Counted from the stretch's first letter, positions 48,729-62,769 are shown. The stretch: DNA of 64,000 nucleotides from Gammaproteobacteria bacterium (GCA_022819855.1 JAJEGN010000005.1:347061-411060), one strand, 5' to 3'. The notes: a model not told the origin generated them from the sequence alone. Numbers and translations: made by a program.

Positions 48729-51700
48729 TCAGCCGTCAGGTGTACCGAAGCCACCGCCTCCGGGGGTCTCGATGAGGATGCTGTCGCCCGGGTCGAGTTC
48801 GAACTCGGCTGCGGCCGCGAGCGGCTCGACGCGTCCAGACGCGCGTACGACGGCGTTCCTGCCGGGGGCGCCGTCGCCCCCGCCCGCAAGGCCGAAGGGC
48901 GCGACCCGGCGGCGGTTCGACAGGATTGCGCCGCGCATCGCGCGCAGCGACTCGATCTCGCGGATGACGCCGTCCCCGCCGCGATGCTGGCCATTCCCGC
49001 CGGAACCGCTGCGAATCTCGAAGCGCCGTACGCGCACCGGGAAACGCCACTCGAGGACTTCGGGATCCGTGAGCCGCGAGTTGGTCATGTGGGTGTGGAC
49101 CGCGCTCGCGCCGTCGAAGCCCGGGCCGGCGCCCGCGCCGCCGCAGATGGTCTCGTAGTACTGGTAGCGGTCGTCGCCGAAGGTGAGGTTGTTCATCGTG
49201 CCCTGAGCGGCGGCCGCGACGCCGAGCGCGCCAAGCAGCGCGTCGGTGATGCACTGCGACGTCTCGACGTTTCCTGCGACGACCGCGGCCGGGTGGCGCG
49301 GATTGACGAGGCTCCTCTCCGGCAGGCGGATCGTCAGCGGTTTGAGGCAGCCCTCGTTGAGCGGGATTGCTTCGGCGACCAGCGTCCTGAATACATAGAG
49401 CACCGCCGCGCGTGCGACGGAGGCGGGTGCGTTGAAATTCCCGGGGCTCGCGGCGCTCGTGTCGGTGAAGTCGATGACCGCTTCGCGTTTGTCCCGGTCG
49501 ATCGTTACCGTGACGACGATCCGTTCGCCGGAGTCGAGTTCGAGCGACCGGCGCCCGTCGCGAAGCGCCGCAATGGCGTCGCGCACGCAGGATTCGGCGT
49601 TGTGCTTGATGTGCGTCATGTAGGCGTGCACGACATCGACGCCGAAGCGCTCGACCATCCTCGCAAGCTCGGCGATGCCCCTGGTGTTCGCGGCGATCTG
49701 GGCCTTGAGGTCGGCGACGTTGCGGTCGGGATTGCGCGCGGGCCACGCGGTGTCCGCAAACTCGGCCCTGACTGTCGATTCGTCGAACCGCCCGTCGCGG
49801 ACGATGCGCACGTTGTCGAGGACGACGCCTTCCTCCTCGATCGAACGGCTCGTCGCCGGCATCGAGCCCGGCGTGATGCCGCCGACGTCGGCGTGATGGG
49901 CGCGGTTCGCGACGACGAATCTCAGTGCCGTGCCGTCCTCATCGAAGACCGGGGTGACGACGGTGATGTCGGGCAAATGCGTGCCGCCGTTGTAGGGCGC
50001 GTTGAGCATCCAGGCATCGCCCGGCCGCATGTCGGCCGAGTTGGCTTCGAGTACGGTGCGCACGCTGTCGCCCATCGAGCCGAGATGCACCGGCAGATGC
50101 GGCGCGTTGGCGATGAGTTCGCCCGCGCCGTCGAATACGGCGCAGGAGAAATCGACGCGCTCCTTGATGTTGACCGAGTGGGCCGTGTTCTGCAGCACGA
50201 CGCCCATCTGCTCGGCGATATGCATGAACAGGTTGTTGAAGACTTCGAGCATGATGGGATCGCATTCCCGGCCGATGCGCTCGCGCAGTTCGCGCGGCGT
50301 TGCGCGGCCGAGCACGAGGTAGCCGCGCGAGTCGACCTCGGCGCGCCAGTCGGGCTCGACCACGGTCGTGGCGTTGGCCTCGACGATGATCGCCGGGCCC
50401 GCGATCGTCGCGCCGGCGCCGAGCGCGGCGCGTTCGTAGACCGGAACTTCCGTCCAGGCGTCGGCCATCCAGACCCGCGCCCGGGCGACGGGCTGGGTCG
50501 CGGCGGGTCTCGCGGAAAGTTCCACTTCTGGCCGTTCGGGTGCCGCGGCGGTCACGGCGGGCCTTGCGGAAAGTTCCGCTTCGGGCGGCCTGGGCGTCAC
50601 GCCGACGGCTTCGACTTCAATGGATTCGACGACGACCGTCTCCTCGTCGATCATGAAACCGAAGTGCCGCTCGTGGGAGCGCCTGAAAACGGCGAGCGTC
50701 TCGTCGACCGGCGTGCCGGGTTGCCAGGCGACCGGCAGCGTGGTGTCCGAACCCTGAATCTTGAGGAACAGCCGGGATTCGAGATCGATCCGCTCGGTCG
50801 GAACGCGCTGTGCAGCGATTTCCGCCTTTGCGTCCTCGCCAAGCGTCGTCCAGAGCTCCGTGACCTGGCTGAGGCAGTCCGCGTCAAATACGGTTTCGAC
50901 AGCGCGCTGCCTGACCGTGCGCAGATCAGCGACCCCCATTCCGTAGGCTGAAAGCACTCCGGCGAGCGGATGGATCAGCACGGTGTCGATGCCGAGTGCA
51001 TCGGCGACCTGACAGGCGTGCTGGCCAGCCGCTCCGCCGAAACAGGACAGCGCGAAGCCCGTCACGTCGTGACCGCGCTGTATGGAAATCTGCTTGATCG
51101 CGTTCGACATGCGTTCCACGGCGATGCGGAGGAAGCCGGCCGCGAGCGCTTCCGGCGTGATGCGTTCGTCAACCTCGCCAGCAACGCTACTCTTGCTGTT
51201 CGCGCCGCCCGCGCCTGCAACGCCGCGCTTGCCACTCGGGACGCGCTCGCCGGCGATGCGCTCGGCAAGCGCTGCGAATTCCCTGGCCGGGCGCGCGGCG
51301 TCGATGGCCTGGTCGGCATTCGGGCCGAATGTGGCCGGGAAGAACTGAGGCTGAATGCGGCCGAGAAACACGTTCGCGTCCGTTACGGTCAACGGACCGC
51401 CATTGCGGTAACAGGCGGGGCCCGGGAACGCGCCGGCGGACTCGGGACCCACCTGCGGCCTCCCGGAAGCGAACTTGAGGATCGAACCGCCGCCCGCCGC
51501 GACCGTGTGGATACGCATCATGGGCGCCGCGATGCGCACGCCGGCGATGACCGCCGCCGCCGTCCGCTCGAAGCGCTCGTCGTAGAGCGACACGTCGGTC
51601 GAGGTCCCGCCCATGTCGAAGCCGATGACGCGCGTGTACCCGGCTGCAGCCGCGGAGCTGGCCATGCCGACGACGCCTCCGGCGGGCCCTGAGAGCACGC

Positions 51701-52472
51701 AGTCCTTGCCCCGGAACTGCCGGGACTCGATCAATCCGCCGTGACTCTGCATGAATAGCAGCGCCGCGTCGCTGCGATGCTGTGCGAGGCCGGTGGCGAG
51801 CGTGTCGACGTAGCGCCTGAGCACCGGTGTGAGGTAGGCGTCGACGAGCGTGGTGTCGCCGCGCGGCACGATCTTCATGAGCGGGCTGATTCGATGCGAT
51901 ACCGAGATCTGGCCGAAGCCGACGCTTGCCGCGATCCCGGCAACGCGTTCTTCGTGTACCGGATGTGCGTAGCCGTGCAACAGCACGATCGCGACGCTGT
52001 CGAATCCCGCTTCGCGTGCGGCCACGAGATCCGCCGTCACGCGGTCCTCGTCAAGCGGCGTAACGACCTCACCGTCGGCCGCGAGGCGCTCCTGCGCCTC
52101 GATGACCCGCGTGTAGAGCATCTCCGGCAAGCGGATGTCGAGCGCGAAGATTTCCGGCCGCTGCTGCGTGCCGATCCGGATCGCGTCGCGCAGACCCGCG
52201 GTGGTGACGAGAACCGTCGGCTCGCCGCGCCGCTCGAGGAGCGCGTTCGTCCCCACCGTCGTGCCCATCCGGATCGCGCACGGGGCATCCCGCGCGGTGG
52301 CAGACGCCTGGTCGAGGAAGTGCTCGATGCCGGCGAGCGCCGCGTCGCGGTAGCGGGCCGGGTTGTCGGACAGCAGCTTGAGGGAATCGAGCGTACCGTC
52401 AGGCGCAATCGCGACGATGTCGGTGAAGGTCCCGCCGCGATCGATCAGAAACTGCCAGGCTGCTTGCCGCAT
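48729..52472 (-). CDS. 5-oxoprolinase (fused hydantoinase A/B, ATP-hydrolysing)
   Basis: [66 protein letters not shown]. Confidence 0.95.
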   Translation of the reverse strand: MRQAAWQFLIDRGGTFTDIVAIAPDGTLDSLKLLSDNPARYRDAALAGIEHFLDQASATARDAPCAIRMGTTVGTNALLERRGEPTVLVTTAGLRDAIRIGTQQRPEIFALDIRLPEMLYTRVIEAQERLAADGEVVTPLDEDRVTADLVAAREAGFDSVAIVLLHGYAHPVHEERVAGIAASVGFGQISVSHRISPLMKIVPRGDTTLVDAYLTPVLRRYVDTLATGLAQHRSDAALLFMQSHGGLIESRQFRGKDCVLSGPAGGVVGMASSAAAAGYTRVIGFDMGGTSTDVSLYDERFERTAAAVIAGVRIAAPMMRIHTVAAGGGSILKFASGRPQVGPESAGAFPGPACYRNGGPLTVTDANVFLGRIQPQFFPATFGPNADQAIDAARPAREFAALAERIAGERVPSGKRGVAGAGGANSKSSVAGEVDERITPEALAAGFLRIAVERMSNAIKQISIQRGHDVTGFALSCFGGAAGQHACQVADALGIDTVLIHPLAGVLSAYGMGVADLRTVRQRAVETVFDADCLSQVTELWTTLGEDAKAEIAAQRVPTERIDLESRLFLKIQGSDTTLPVAWQPGTPVDETLAVFRRSHERHFGFMIDEETVVVESIEVEAVGVTPRPPEAELSARPAVTAAAPERPEVELSARPAATQPVARARVWMADAWTEVPVYERAALGAGATIAGPAIIVEANATTVVEPDWRAEVDSRGYLVLGRATPRELRERIGRECDPIMLEVFNNLFMHIAEQMGVVLQNTAHSVNIKERVDFSCAVFDGAGELIANAPHLPVHLGSMGDSVRTVLEANSADMRPGDAWMLNAPYNGGTHLPDITVVTPVFDEDGTALRFVVANRAHHADVGGITPGSMPATSRSIEEEGVVLDNVRIVRDGRFDESTVRAEFADTAWPARNPDRNVADLKAQIAANTRGIAELARMVERFGVDVVHAYMTHIKHNAESCVRDAIAALRDGRRSLELDSGERIVVTVTIDRDKREAVIDFTDTSAASPGNFNAPASVARAAVLYVFRTLVAEAIPLNEGCLKPLTIRLPERSLVNPRHPAAVVAGNVETSQCITDALLGALGVAAAAQGTMNNLTFGDDRYQYYETICGGAGAGPGFDGASAVHTHMTNSRLTDPEVLEWRFPVRVRRFEIRSGSGGNGQHRGGDGVIREIESLRAMRGAILSNRRRVAPFGLAGGGDGAPGRNAVVRASGRVEPLAAAAEFELDPGDSILIETPGGGGFGTPDG

Positions 52473-52527
52473 CGTCAGGCGTTGTCGCCGGGCGCCGAAA
52501 ACCATGACAAGCGCCAGGAAACTTGCG

Positions 52528-52557
52528 TTGACGGGCTGCTCGTCGCCGCTATAGGCT
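52528..52557 (+). promoter_or_regulatory. Sigma70-like promoter candidate for the small ORF
   Basis: TTGACG (52528-52533) followed by TATAGG (16-nt spacer) or TAGGCT (18-nt spacer); ATG at 52565. Confidence 0.5.
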
Positions 52558-52564
52558 CTCCGAC

Positions 52565-52741
52565 ATGAACAACGGACGGCTTGATCGAGCCCTGCTTTTG
52601 GCGATACTCGTCGCGCTCGGCGGTTTGTATTGGCAGGTGTTCAGCATGAACGCCCGACTGGCTCGCGTCGAAACGCATCTTCAATACGTCGTCGTGCCGC
52701 AGCTTGCCGAGCCGTCCCCCGAAACCTCTCCAAACGGTTGA
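52565..52741 (+). CDS. Small single-pass membrane protein (58 aa), absent from the ORF track
   Basis: MNNGRLDRALLLAILVALGGLYWQVFSMNARLARVETHLQYVVVPQLAEPSPETSPNG; TM helix followed by a heptad-like segment. Confidence 0.6.
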   Translation: MNNGRLDRALLLAILVALGGLYWQVFSMNARLARVETHLQYVVVPQLAEPSPETSPNG

Positions 52742-52907
52742 ATCCGAGCAACGTTGGTCGCTCAAGGCGTCGCACGACGCCAGGCGGGTGAATCCGGCCT
52801 GCCGCCAGGCATCCTCTGAACAACTGCGTTGCGTGAATCCTGGCGCTATATCGATCAATGATTTGTCGAGCCGAAGGTAACGCGGAGCCAATTGTCTCGG
52901 ACCGTTC

Positions 52908-54965
52908 CTAGTCGTCGGCCTGCGGCTTGTAGTCCTTCTCGAGCGCCTTCTGCACGATCGGCGGAACCGTCTCGTAGTGATCGAATTCCATCGTGAAACT
53001 GCCCTCGCCGCCGGTCAGGGACTTGAGCGTCGCCTGGTAGTCGCCGAGTTCGGCGAGCGGCACGTTGGCCTGGATCTTCGCCTGGTTGCCGGCGAGCGAG
53101 TCGCTGCCCGCGATGCGGCCGCGGATTCCGGAGAGATGCCCGGTGATGTCGCCGACGTAGTGGTTCGGCGTCGTGACCTCGACCCGGGCGATCGGCTCGA
53201 GAACGATCGGGTTCGCCTTGCCGATCGCGTCGATGAACGCTTTCTTGCCGGCGGCCACGAACGCGACTTCCTTGGAATCGACCGAGTGATGCTTGCCGTC
53301 GTAGACGGTCACGCGCACGTCCTGCAGAGGATTGCCGCTGATCGCGCCTTCGTTCAATACCTGTTTGACGCCCTTCTCGACAGCCGGGATGAACTGCCCG
53401 GGAATGGTGCCGCCGACCACCTTGTTGACGAATTCGAAGCCCGTACCGCGTTCCATGGGCTCGATCCTCAGATACACCTCGCCGAACTGGCCCGCACCGC
53501 CCGTCTGCTTCTTGTGCCGGTGGTGTCCCTCGGCCTTGCGCGTGACCGTCTCGCGGTAGGCGATCTTTGGCGGCCGCGTCGAGACTTCGACGCCGAACTC
53601 GTCCTTCATGCGTTCGAGCAGCAATCTCAGGTGGTACTCGCCCATGCCGCGCAACACGGTCTCGTTGGCCTGGGCGTTGAATTCGAGCCGCAGGCTCGGA
53701 TCCTCCGCCGTGAGCTTGTGCAGCGCGTCGGAGAGCTTCTTCTCCTGGCCGCGCTGACTGAGTTCGAGCGCAACGCCATGCATCGGCGCCGGTATGCTCG
53801 CGGACCGCATCCTGAGCTGGTCTTCGTCGTGGCTCGCGTGCAGCACATCGTCGAACTGGATGTCCTCGATTTTCGAAACGGCGCAGATGTCGCCGGGGCC
53901 CGCATTTGAAACCTCCTCGAGGTTCTTGCCCTGCACGCGGTACAGATGCGCGAGCTTGATGGCCTTGCGGCGCTCGCCGACGTAGATCTGGTCGCCGGAC
54001 TTCAGTTGCCCCTGATGGACGCGAAACGCCGCAAGCCGGCCGACGTAGGGGTCCACGTTGACCTTGAAGACGTGGCCGACGAAGTGGCCGTTCTGCGCGC
54101 CGGGATCGACCGTGAACGAGCCGTCGGCGTCGTCGCCGAGCGAGAATTCGGCGGGGTTGGCCTCGAAGGGATTCGGCATGAGTTGCGAGAAGACGCGCAG
54201 CAACTGGCGGAGTCCCGCTCCGGTTTCGGCAGACACGAAGCACACGGGAATGAGGTGTCCCCGCCGCAGGGCGCGCGCGAACGGCGCGTGAAGCTGTTCG
54301 AGGCTGATCTCCTCGCCCTCGAGGTACTTCTCCATGAGGTCGTCATCGAGTTCGACGATCTGGTCGACGATCTCGGTGTGCGTCGCCTCGACGGAGGAAA
54401 AGTCGGGCGTCTCGTCCGCCGGTTCGAAGAAGCAGTCGGCCACGGCCTGGCCCTGGCGCGCCGGCAGATTGAGTGGCAGGCACTCGCGCCCGAAGGTATC
54501 GCGGATCCGGGCGAGCACCGATTCGAGATCTGCCTCAGGCGAATCGATCCGGTTGACGATGATGAGCCGGCAGAGCTTTCGGGCGGCGGCCGCGTCCATG
54601 ACGCGCTGCGTGACGAGTTCGATGCCGCTTTGCGCGTTGACGACGACCGCGACGGTCTCCACGGCCGGCAGTATGGCAAGCGTCCTGCCGAGAAAGTCCG
54701 GGTAGCCCGGCGTGTCGAGAACGTTGACGGATACTCCGTCGTGCTCGAGATGGCAGAGGCTCACGTCGAGCGAGTGCTGGAGCCGCTTTTCCTGGTCGGT
54801 GAAGTCGCAGACGGTCGTGCCCCTGTTGACGCTCCCGGCACTTCGGATCGACCCGGCCGCAAGCAGCAGGGCTTCGATCAGGGTGGTCTTTCCCGAACCC
54901 GCGTGACCGACGACAGCGATGTTGCGGACGCCTTCCGCGTCATGGACCTGTTGCGCTTGACTCAC
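52908..54965 (-). CDS. Elongation factor G paralogue (EF-G2-like)
   Basis: GHAGSGKT, DTPG, NRID, PKIAYRET, KKQTGGAGQFG, HSVDS; divergent switch I; stand-alone locus. Confidence 0.88.
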   Translation of the reverse strand: MSQAQQVHDAEGVRNIAVVGHAGSGKTTLIEALLLAAGSIRSAGSVNRGTTVCDFTDQEKRLQHSLDVSLCHLEHDGVSVNVLDTPGYPDFLGRTLAILPAVETVAVVVNAQSGIELVTQRVMDAAAARKLCRLIIVNRIDSPEADLESVLARIRDTFGRECLPLNLPARQGQAVADCFFEPADETPDFSSVEATHTEIVDQIVELDDDLMEKYLEGEEISLEQLHAPFARALRRGHLIPVCFVSAETGAGLRQLLRVFSQLMPNPFEANPAEFSLGDDADGSFTVDPGAQNGHFVGHVFKVNVDPYVGRLAAFRVHQGQLKSGDQIYVGERRKAIKLAHLYRVQGKNLEEVSNAGPGDICAVSKIEDIQFDDVLHASHDEDQLRMRSASIPAPMHGVALELSQRGQEKKLSDALHKLTAEDPSLRLEFNAQANETVLRGMGEYHLRLLLERMKDEFGVEVSTRPPKIAYRETVTRKAEGHHRHKKQTGGAGQFGEVYLRIEPMERGTGFEFVNKVVGGTIPGQFIPAVEKGVKQVLNEGAISGNPLQDVRVTVYDGKHHSVDSKEVAFVAAGKKAFIDAIGKANPIVLEPIARVEVTTPNHYVGDITGHLSGIRGRIAGSDSLAGNQAKIQANVPLAELGDYQATLKSLTGGEGSFTMEFDHYETVPPIVQKALEKDYKPQADD

Positions 54966-55046
54966 TGAATACCCTTCTGATTGTTGGCCTGGCGACGTGT
55001 TGCGCGGGGCGCATATCGTAGCAACTCGCCGCAAACGCACAAGTCC

Positions 55047-55988
55047 CTAACGCTCGCCGAGCAGTTGTCCGAGGCCGCGGAAAGCCGGCACGGGCTCGGT
55101 GATGACGCGGGTCGGGACTGACGTCATGTATTCGCGGTAGCGGCCCTTCGCTTCGAAGCGCTCGCGAAAGCCCGATGCGGCGACGAGATCGATCAGCCGG
55201 GGGACGATGCCTCCGGCGATGTAGACGCCGCCCCGCGCGCCGAGGGTCAGGGTGAGGTCGGCCGCGACCGTACCCAGAAAGGCGAGGAACATGCCGAGCG
55301 TGTCCGCGGCGAGCGGGTCGCCCTGCCGCGCGAGCTTCGTCACTTCAGCCGCCGCGACCAGCGGCACGGTCCGCCCCGCAAGCTCGCCGAGCGTCGCATG
55401 CAGCCTCGCGAGACCGGGCCCCGATAGCACGCGCTCGGCCGAGCAGTGGCCGAGCGTGTTCCTGATGTGTTCGATCGCCGCGGCCTCGGCCGGCGTCGCC
55501 GCCGCCAGCGTGACATGACCGCCCTCTCCGGGCACGGCCGTCCAGCCGTCGGCTGAAGGAATCAGGCTCGCAACGCCGAGCCCGGAGCCGGGCCCGAGAA
55601 CGACGAGCGGGGCGCCCGCGACAGGATCTCCGCCGCCGACCTGCGTGTAGTCGGAAGCCCTGAGCGTGGGCAGCCCCCGGGCGACCGCGGCGAAGTCGTT
55701 GACGATGTGCAGTTCGCGAAGTTCGAGCGATTCCCGAAGCCCCGTCCGCGAGAATCGCCAGCCCAGATTGAGCATCTCGAAATCGTCGCCGATCTCCGGC
55801 GCCGCGACGGCGAGTGCGGCGCGGCGCGGCCGGCCGAGCCTGCGGCACTCGTCGAGATACGCGCCGAGCACGTCCTCGATGCCGGCAAATTCGCCGTTCG
55901 AGAAGTCTTGCTGAGCGAGCGTCGTGGCGTCGTCATCGAGGAGCGCGCAGCGCGTGTAGGTCGCGCCGATGTCGGCTATGAGGTCCAT
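55047..55988 (-). CDS. glk: Glucokinase
   Basis: LIADIGAT, NDFAA, GPGSGLG, GEGGH, SAERVLSGPG, GGVYIAGGI. Confidence 0.93.
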   Translation of the reverse strand: MDLIADIGATYTRCALLDDDATTLAQQDFSNGEFAGIEDVLGAYLDECRRLGRPRRAALAVAAPEIGDDFEMLNLGWRFSRTGLRESLELRELHIVNDFAAVARGLPTLRASDYTQVGGGDPVAGAPLVVLGPGSGLGVASLIPSADGWTAVPGEGGHVTLAAATPAEAAAIEHIRNTLGHCSAERVLSGPGLARLHATLGELAGRTVPLVAAAEVTKLARQGDPLAADTLGMFLAFLGTVAADLTLTLGARGGVYIAGGIVPRLIDLVAASGFRERFEAKGRYREYMTSVPTRVITEPVPAFRGLGQLLGER

Positions 55989-56117
55989 GGATCCAATGGT
56001 AACTGGCGCGGATTGGGGCGGGGCATGGGCGACGGCACGCGGATTGGGAAATGGTGCAGTCCGGACCGGGCGGGCCGGCCCAGCGATGGTTTCAGTGGTT
56101 CGCGCCGGTGCCGGCTC

Positions 56118-56333
56118 TCAGGCGTTCAGATCCGGGATTCGCGCACTCTCGAGCTGCGTGATCATGTCCTTGAGCATGAGCTTGCGCTTCTTGAGCCGTC
56201 GAAGCATGACCTGATCCACATGGGGATCCTCTACGAGCCGGGTGATTACCTGATCCAGATCCTTGTGCTCTATCCGTAACGCCTTGAGCCGTTCCACGTT
56301 CCTGAATGTCCGTGTTTCGATCTTTTGATCCAC
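56118..56333 (-). CDS. DUF465/YdcH family small coiled-coil protein
   Basis: LRIEHKDLDQVI...RRLKKRKLMLKD. Confidence 0.88.
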   Translation of the reverse strand: MDQKIETRTFRNVERLKALRIEHKDLDQVITRLVEDPHVDQVMLRRLKKRKLMLKDMITQLESARIPDLNA

Positions 56334-57142
56334 TATTCGTCTTGGATGAATGCCAGCCAGTCGCGTCGATCGTCGCCAAACGCCAGGAAGTGCGGGTTGA
56401 GCAGGTGCTCCCTGGAATTGTATCTCAGCGGCTGACCCTCAAGGTCAATCATACTCCCTCCGGCCTCGTGCAGGATAGCCTGCGCGGCGGCGGTATCCCA
56501 TTCCGAGGTGGGTCCGAGTCTGGGGTAGATATCGGCGGTCCCGTCGGCGACGAGGCAGGTCTTTAGCGAGCTGCCCATGGGCTTGAGAACGTACGGTTCC
56601 AGGCTCGCCAGATACGCCGCGAGCGCCGGGCCGGGATGGCTCCGGCTGCCGAGGACGCGCAGCGGGACGGGCGCTTCGCGGCTCACGGCGATGGCCTCGA
56701 GAGGACCGCCCCCGTCCGAGCGGAAAGCGCCCTGGCCGGCGACGGCGCAGTACTCCACCCCGATCGCAGGCGCCAGGACCATGCCCAGCACCGCTTCGTG
56801 CCCGTCGATGAGCGCGATGTTGACCGTGAATTCGTCATTGCGCTTGATGAATTCCCGCGTACCGTCGAGCGGATCGACGAGCCAGAAGCGCTTCCAGCTT
56901 CTGCGTCCGGACAGTTCCGCCTCGGGCGACTCCTCGGAGAGTATCGGCAGCGCCGGATCGAGTTCCGTCAGGCCGCGCTTGATGAGCTCGTGCGACTTGC
57001 GGTCGGCCTCGGTGAGCGGCGAGCGATCGTCCTTGAGCTCGACCGAGAATCCCTCGCGGTAGATCTCCAGAATCGCATCGCCGGCGCTGCGGGCGATGGC
57101 CCGGACCTCCGCGCAGAGCCCCGCGTCGATCGCGAGAGTCAT
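56333..57142 (-). CDS. cysQ: 3'(2'),5'-bisphosphate nucleotidase
   Basis: SPLTEAD, LSEE, WLVDPLDGTREF, EFTVNIALI, GSSLK, TSEWDTAA. Confidence 0.95.
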   Translation of the reverse strand: MTLAIDAGLCAEVRAIARSAGDAILEIYREGFSVELKDDRSPLTEADRKSHELIKRGLTELDPALPILSEESPEAELSGRRSWKRFWLVDPLDGTREFIKRNDEFTVNIALIDGHEAVLGMVLAPAIGVEYCAVAGQGAFRSDGGGPLEAIAVSREAPVPLRVLGSRSHPGPALAAYLASLEPYVLKPMGSSLKTCLVADGTADIYPRLGPTSEWDTAAAQAILHEAGGSMIDLEGQPLRYNSREHLLNPHFLAFGDDRRDWLAFIQDE

Positions 57143-57181
57143 CGGTCGGCCACGGGCATCCCCGCCCGACGCAAGCTGCGG

Positions 57182-58489
57182 TTAGCGGCGCGGTCCACCG
57201 GATGTGGATCGTTTCCGGCCGTGGCGCCGGCGCGGCGGTCCCCGGCGCCGGCGTTTCGAACCCGCAGCGCTCGTGTTGAGCGACGCCGCGACCGCGGCGA
57301 CCTTCTCCCGATCGATGTCCACCACCGGGATCTTGTGGCCGATGTAGGCCTCGATCTCGGGGAGCGATATCGCGTAGTCCTCGCAACCGAAGCTGATCGC
57401 GTCGCCCGTGGCGCCGGCGCGGGCCGTGCGGCCGATCCGGTGCACGTAGTCCTCGACATCCTGGGGCAGGTCGTAGTTGAAGACGTGGCTGACGTCGGGG
57501 ATGTGCAGCCCGCGCGAGGCCACGTCGGTCCCGATCAGCACGGGCAGCCTGCCGCTCTCGAAGTCGCGCATCATCCCGAGCCGCTTCTTCTGCGGGACGT
57601 CGCCGGAGATCGCCCTGGCGTCGATGCCGTTGCATTGGAGCCGTTCCTGAAGCCGCTCGGCGGCGCGTTTCGTGTTGACGAACACCATCGTGCGGCTGAC
57701 GTCCATCTCCGCGAGCAACATCATGAGCAGCGGAATCTTCTCGTCGTTGGCCGGAAAGTAGATGCATTGCCGGACGCGGTCGACCGTCATCTTTTCCGGT
57801 TCGATGCGGACGAGCTCCGGGTCGTTCATGTGTTCGTAGGCAAGTTCGAGGACGCGATGGGTCAGGGTCGCCGAGAACAGGAAGTTCAGCCGCCGGTCGC
57901 GCTCGGGCAGACGGCGCAGGATGTAGCGGATGTCGCGGATGAAGCCGAGATCGAACATGCGGTCGGCTTCATCGAGCACGATGACCTGCACGCGCCGCAG
58001 GCCGTACACGCGCTGTTTGAAATAGTCGATGAGCCGGCCCGGTGTGCCGATCAGGATGTCGACGCCGTCGACGAGCTGCTGCCGCTGTTTCTCGTAGTCG
58101 ATCCCGCCGAACACGAGGCCGAACCGGTAGGACAGGTGCTTGCCGAGCGCCGTCGCATCCTTGTGAATCTGCACGGCGAGTTCGCGCGTTGGCGCGACGA
58201 TCAGCGCACGGGGTCCGGGTTCACGCGCCTTGAGGGGGGCGTTCCCGCCGAGGTGTTCGAAGAGCGCGATGAGGTAGGCCGCCGTCTTGCCCGTGCCGGT
58301 CTGCGCCTGCCCGGCGACATCCTTTCCCTCCAGCGCAAGCGGCAGCGCCTGACTCTGGATCGGCGTACAGTGCGTGAAGCCAAGCTCGGAAATGCCCTGC
58401 CGCAGCGAATCGGACAGGGGCAACTCGGCGAAACTCAGCAACGTATCGTGCCGATCGGACGAGGTGTGCGAATCTGAGCCGGACTCCAA
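57182..58489 (-). CDS. rhlB: DEAD-box RNA helicase RhlB
   Basis: CTPIQ, GQAQTGTGKT, LDEADRMFDLGF, FSAT, YVHRIGRTARAG, ACEDY-like (GCEDY). Start uncertain (TTG 58489). Confidence 0.88.
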   Translation of the reverse strand: MESGSDSHTSSDRHDTLLSFAELPLSDSLRQGISELGFTHCTPIQSQALPLALEGKDVAGQAQTGTGKTAAYLIALFEHLGGNAPLKAREPGPRALIVAPTRELAVQIHKDATALGKHLSYRFGLVFGGIDYEKQRQQLVDGVDILIGTPGRLIDYFKQRVYGLRRVQVIVLDEADRMFDLGFIRDIRYILRRLPERDRRLNFLFSATLTHRVLELAYEHMNDPELVRIEPEKMTVDRVRQCIYFPANDEKIPLLMMLLAEMDVSRTMVFVNTKRAAERLQERLQCNGIDARAISGDVPQKKRLGMMRDFESGRLPVLIGTDVASRGLHIPDVSHVFNYDLPQDVEDYVHRIGRTARAGATGDAISFGCEDYAISLPEIEAYIGHKIPVVDIDREKVAAVAASLNTSAAGSKRRRRGPPRRRHGRKRSTSGGPRR

Positions 58490-58751
58490 GGATTGTTTTC
58501 CAATCAGAAGACGAATTTGAAGGATAAAAGGCAGGAACCTGCCGCAGGCAAAACCGGCAAGCATGTGATATATATGCGCATGTTGCGGCAAGCGCCGGAC
58601 GCGCGCAAGCTCCGGCCGCTGCGGCTGAAGCCGTTGAACGGGCCTTGAGGCCTTGCGGTGAAACAGGGCTGGTCCCGTTCGCTTGCTGCACCAGCATTTC
58701 CCGGGGGCGGACACCAGTGTTCACGAATCAGGCACGAAAAGGGGCGTTCGT

Positions 58752-59669
58752 ATGCAGTTGATACTCCTGTCCAACGTGCGGGGTCCGGTCGGCCAACTGT
58801 GCCTGACGTCGCGCCGTGTCTGGCTCGGGCTTTCGGCCATCGCCCTCGTCGTCGGCGCCGGCACGTTTTATGCCGGCTACCGCGTGGCCGCCGCGACGAA
58901 CCCCGCCGAGAGCGTGGTAACCCTGCGCACGGACCTGGCCCAACAGGAGTCGCAGCTCCAGGCGACGCGCCGCACGCTGCAGCAGAATGTCGACGCGCTT
59001 GCGCTGCGCCTGGGACTCATGAACGCCCAGGTGGTCCGTCTGGAGGCCCTGGGATCGCGTCTGACGAGCATCGCCGGGTTCGACGACGGCGAGTTCGATT
59101 TCTCCGCGCCGCCCTCTCTGGGCGGTCCCGAGCAGCCCCTGGAGGTCAGCGACCGGGTTCAACTCGCGGAAGTCATCTCCACGCTCGACGCGCTCGACCA
59201 GCAACTTGCCGACCGCAGCCAGCAGCTCGACGTGCTCGAGGACGTTCTGCTGAACCGCAGGGTTCAGGACGAAGTCCTGCCGGAGGGACGGCCCGTAATC
59301 GGCGGGTACATTTCTTCCGGATTCGGCAACCGAACCGATCCTTTCACGGGTCGTCTCGCGTTTCACCAGGGCGTGGATTTCGCCGGGCGCCCGGGCGCCG
59401 ACGTGAGCGCCGTCGGTTCGGGTGTCGTCGTCTGGTCCGGGCCGCGCTACGGCTACGGCGAGCTCGTCGAAATCAACCACGGCAACGGTTACGTGACCCG
59501 CTACGCGCACCTCGCCGACAACCTCGTTGCGGCCGGCGACACGGTGGAACGCGGCCAGCTCATCGCCCGCGTGGGCCGCACCGGCCGCGCCACCGGCCAC
59601 AACCTCCACTTCGAGGTCCTTCTGAACGGTCGGCCCGTCAATCCGCTGCCCTACGTCAGAAAGCAGTAA
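58752..59669 (+). CDS. M23-family metallopeptidase with coiled coil
   Basis: HQGVD, RYAHL, TGHNLHFEV; typical position upstream of secA. Confidence 0.92.
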   Translation: MQLILLSNVRGPVGQLCLTSRRVWLGLSAIALVVGAGTFYAGYRVAAATNPAESVVTLRTDLAQQESQLQATRRTLQQNVDALALRLGLMNAQVVRLEALGSRLTSIAGFDDGEFDFSAPPSLGGPEQPLEVSDRVQLAEVISTLDALDQQLADRSQQLDVLEDVLLNRRVQDEVLPEGRPVIGGYISSGFGNRTDPFTGRLAFHQGVDFAGRPGADVSAVGSGVVVWSGPRYGYGELVEINHGNGYVTRYAHLADNLVAAGDTVERGQLIARVGRTGRATGHNLHFEVLLNGRPVNPLPYVRKQ

Positions 59670-59756
59670 GGACCCAAAGGGACCCGGCACTTTAATTTCC
59701 GGTCCGCCGCCCAGACATTAGAATAGGTCCGGTTGACCCGGCCCTCGGGGTGTTCA

Positions 59757-62759
<3,003 letters not shown>

Positions 62760-62769
62760 GGAACCCGGA

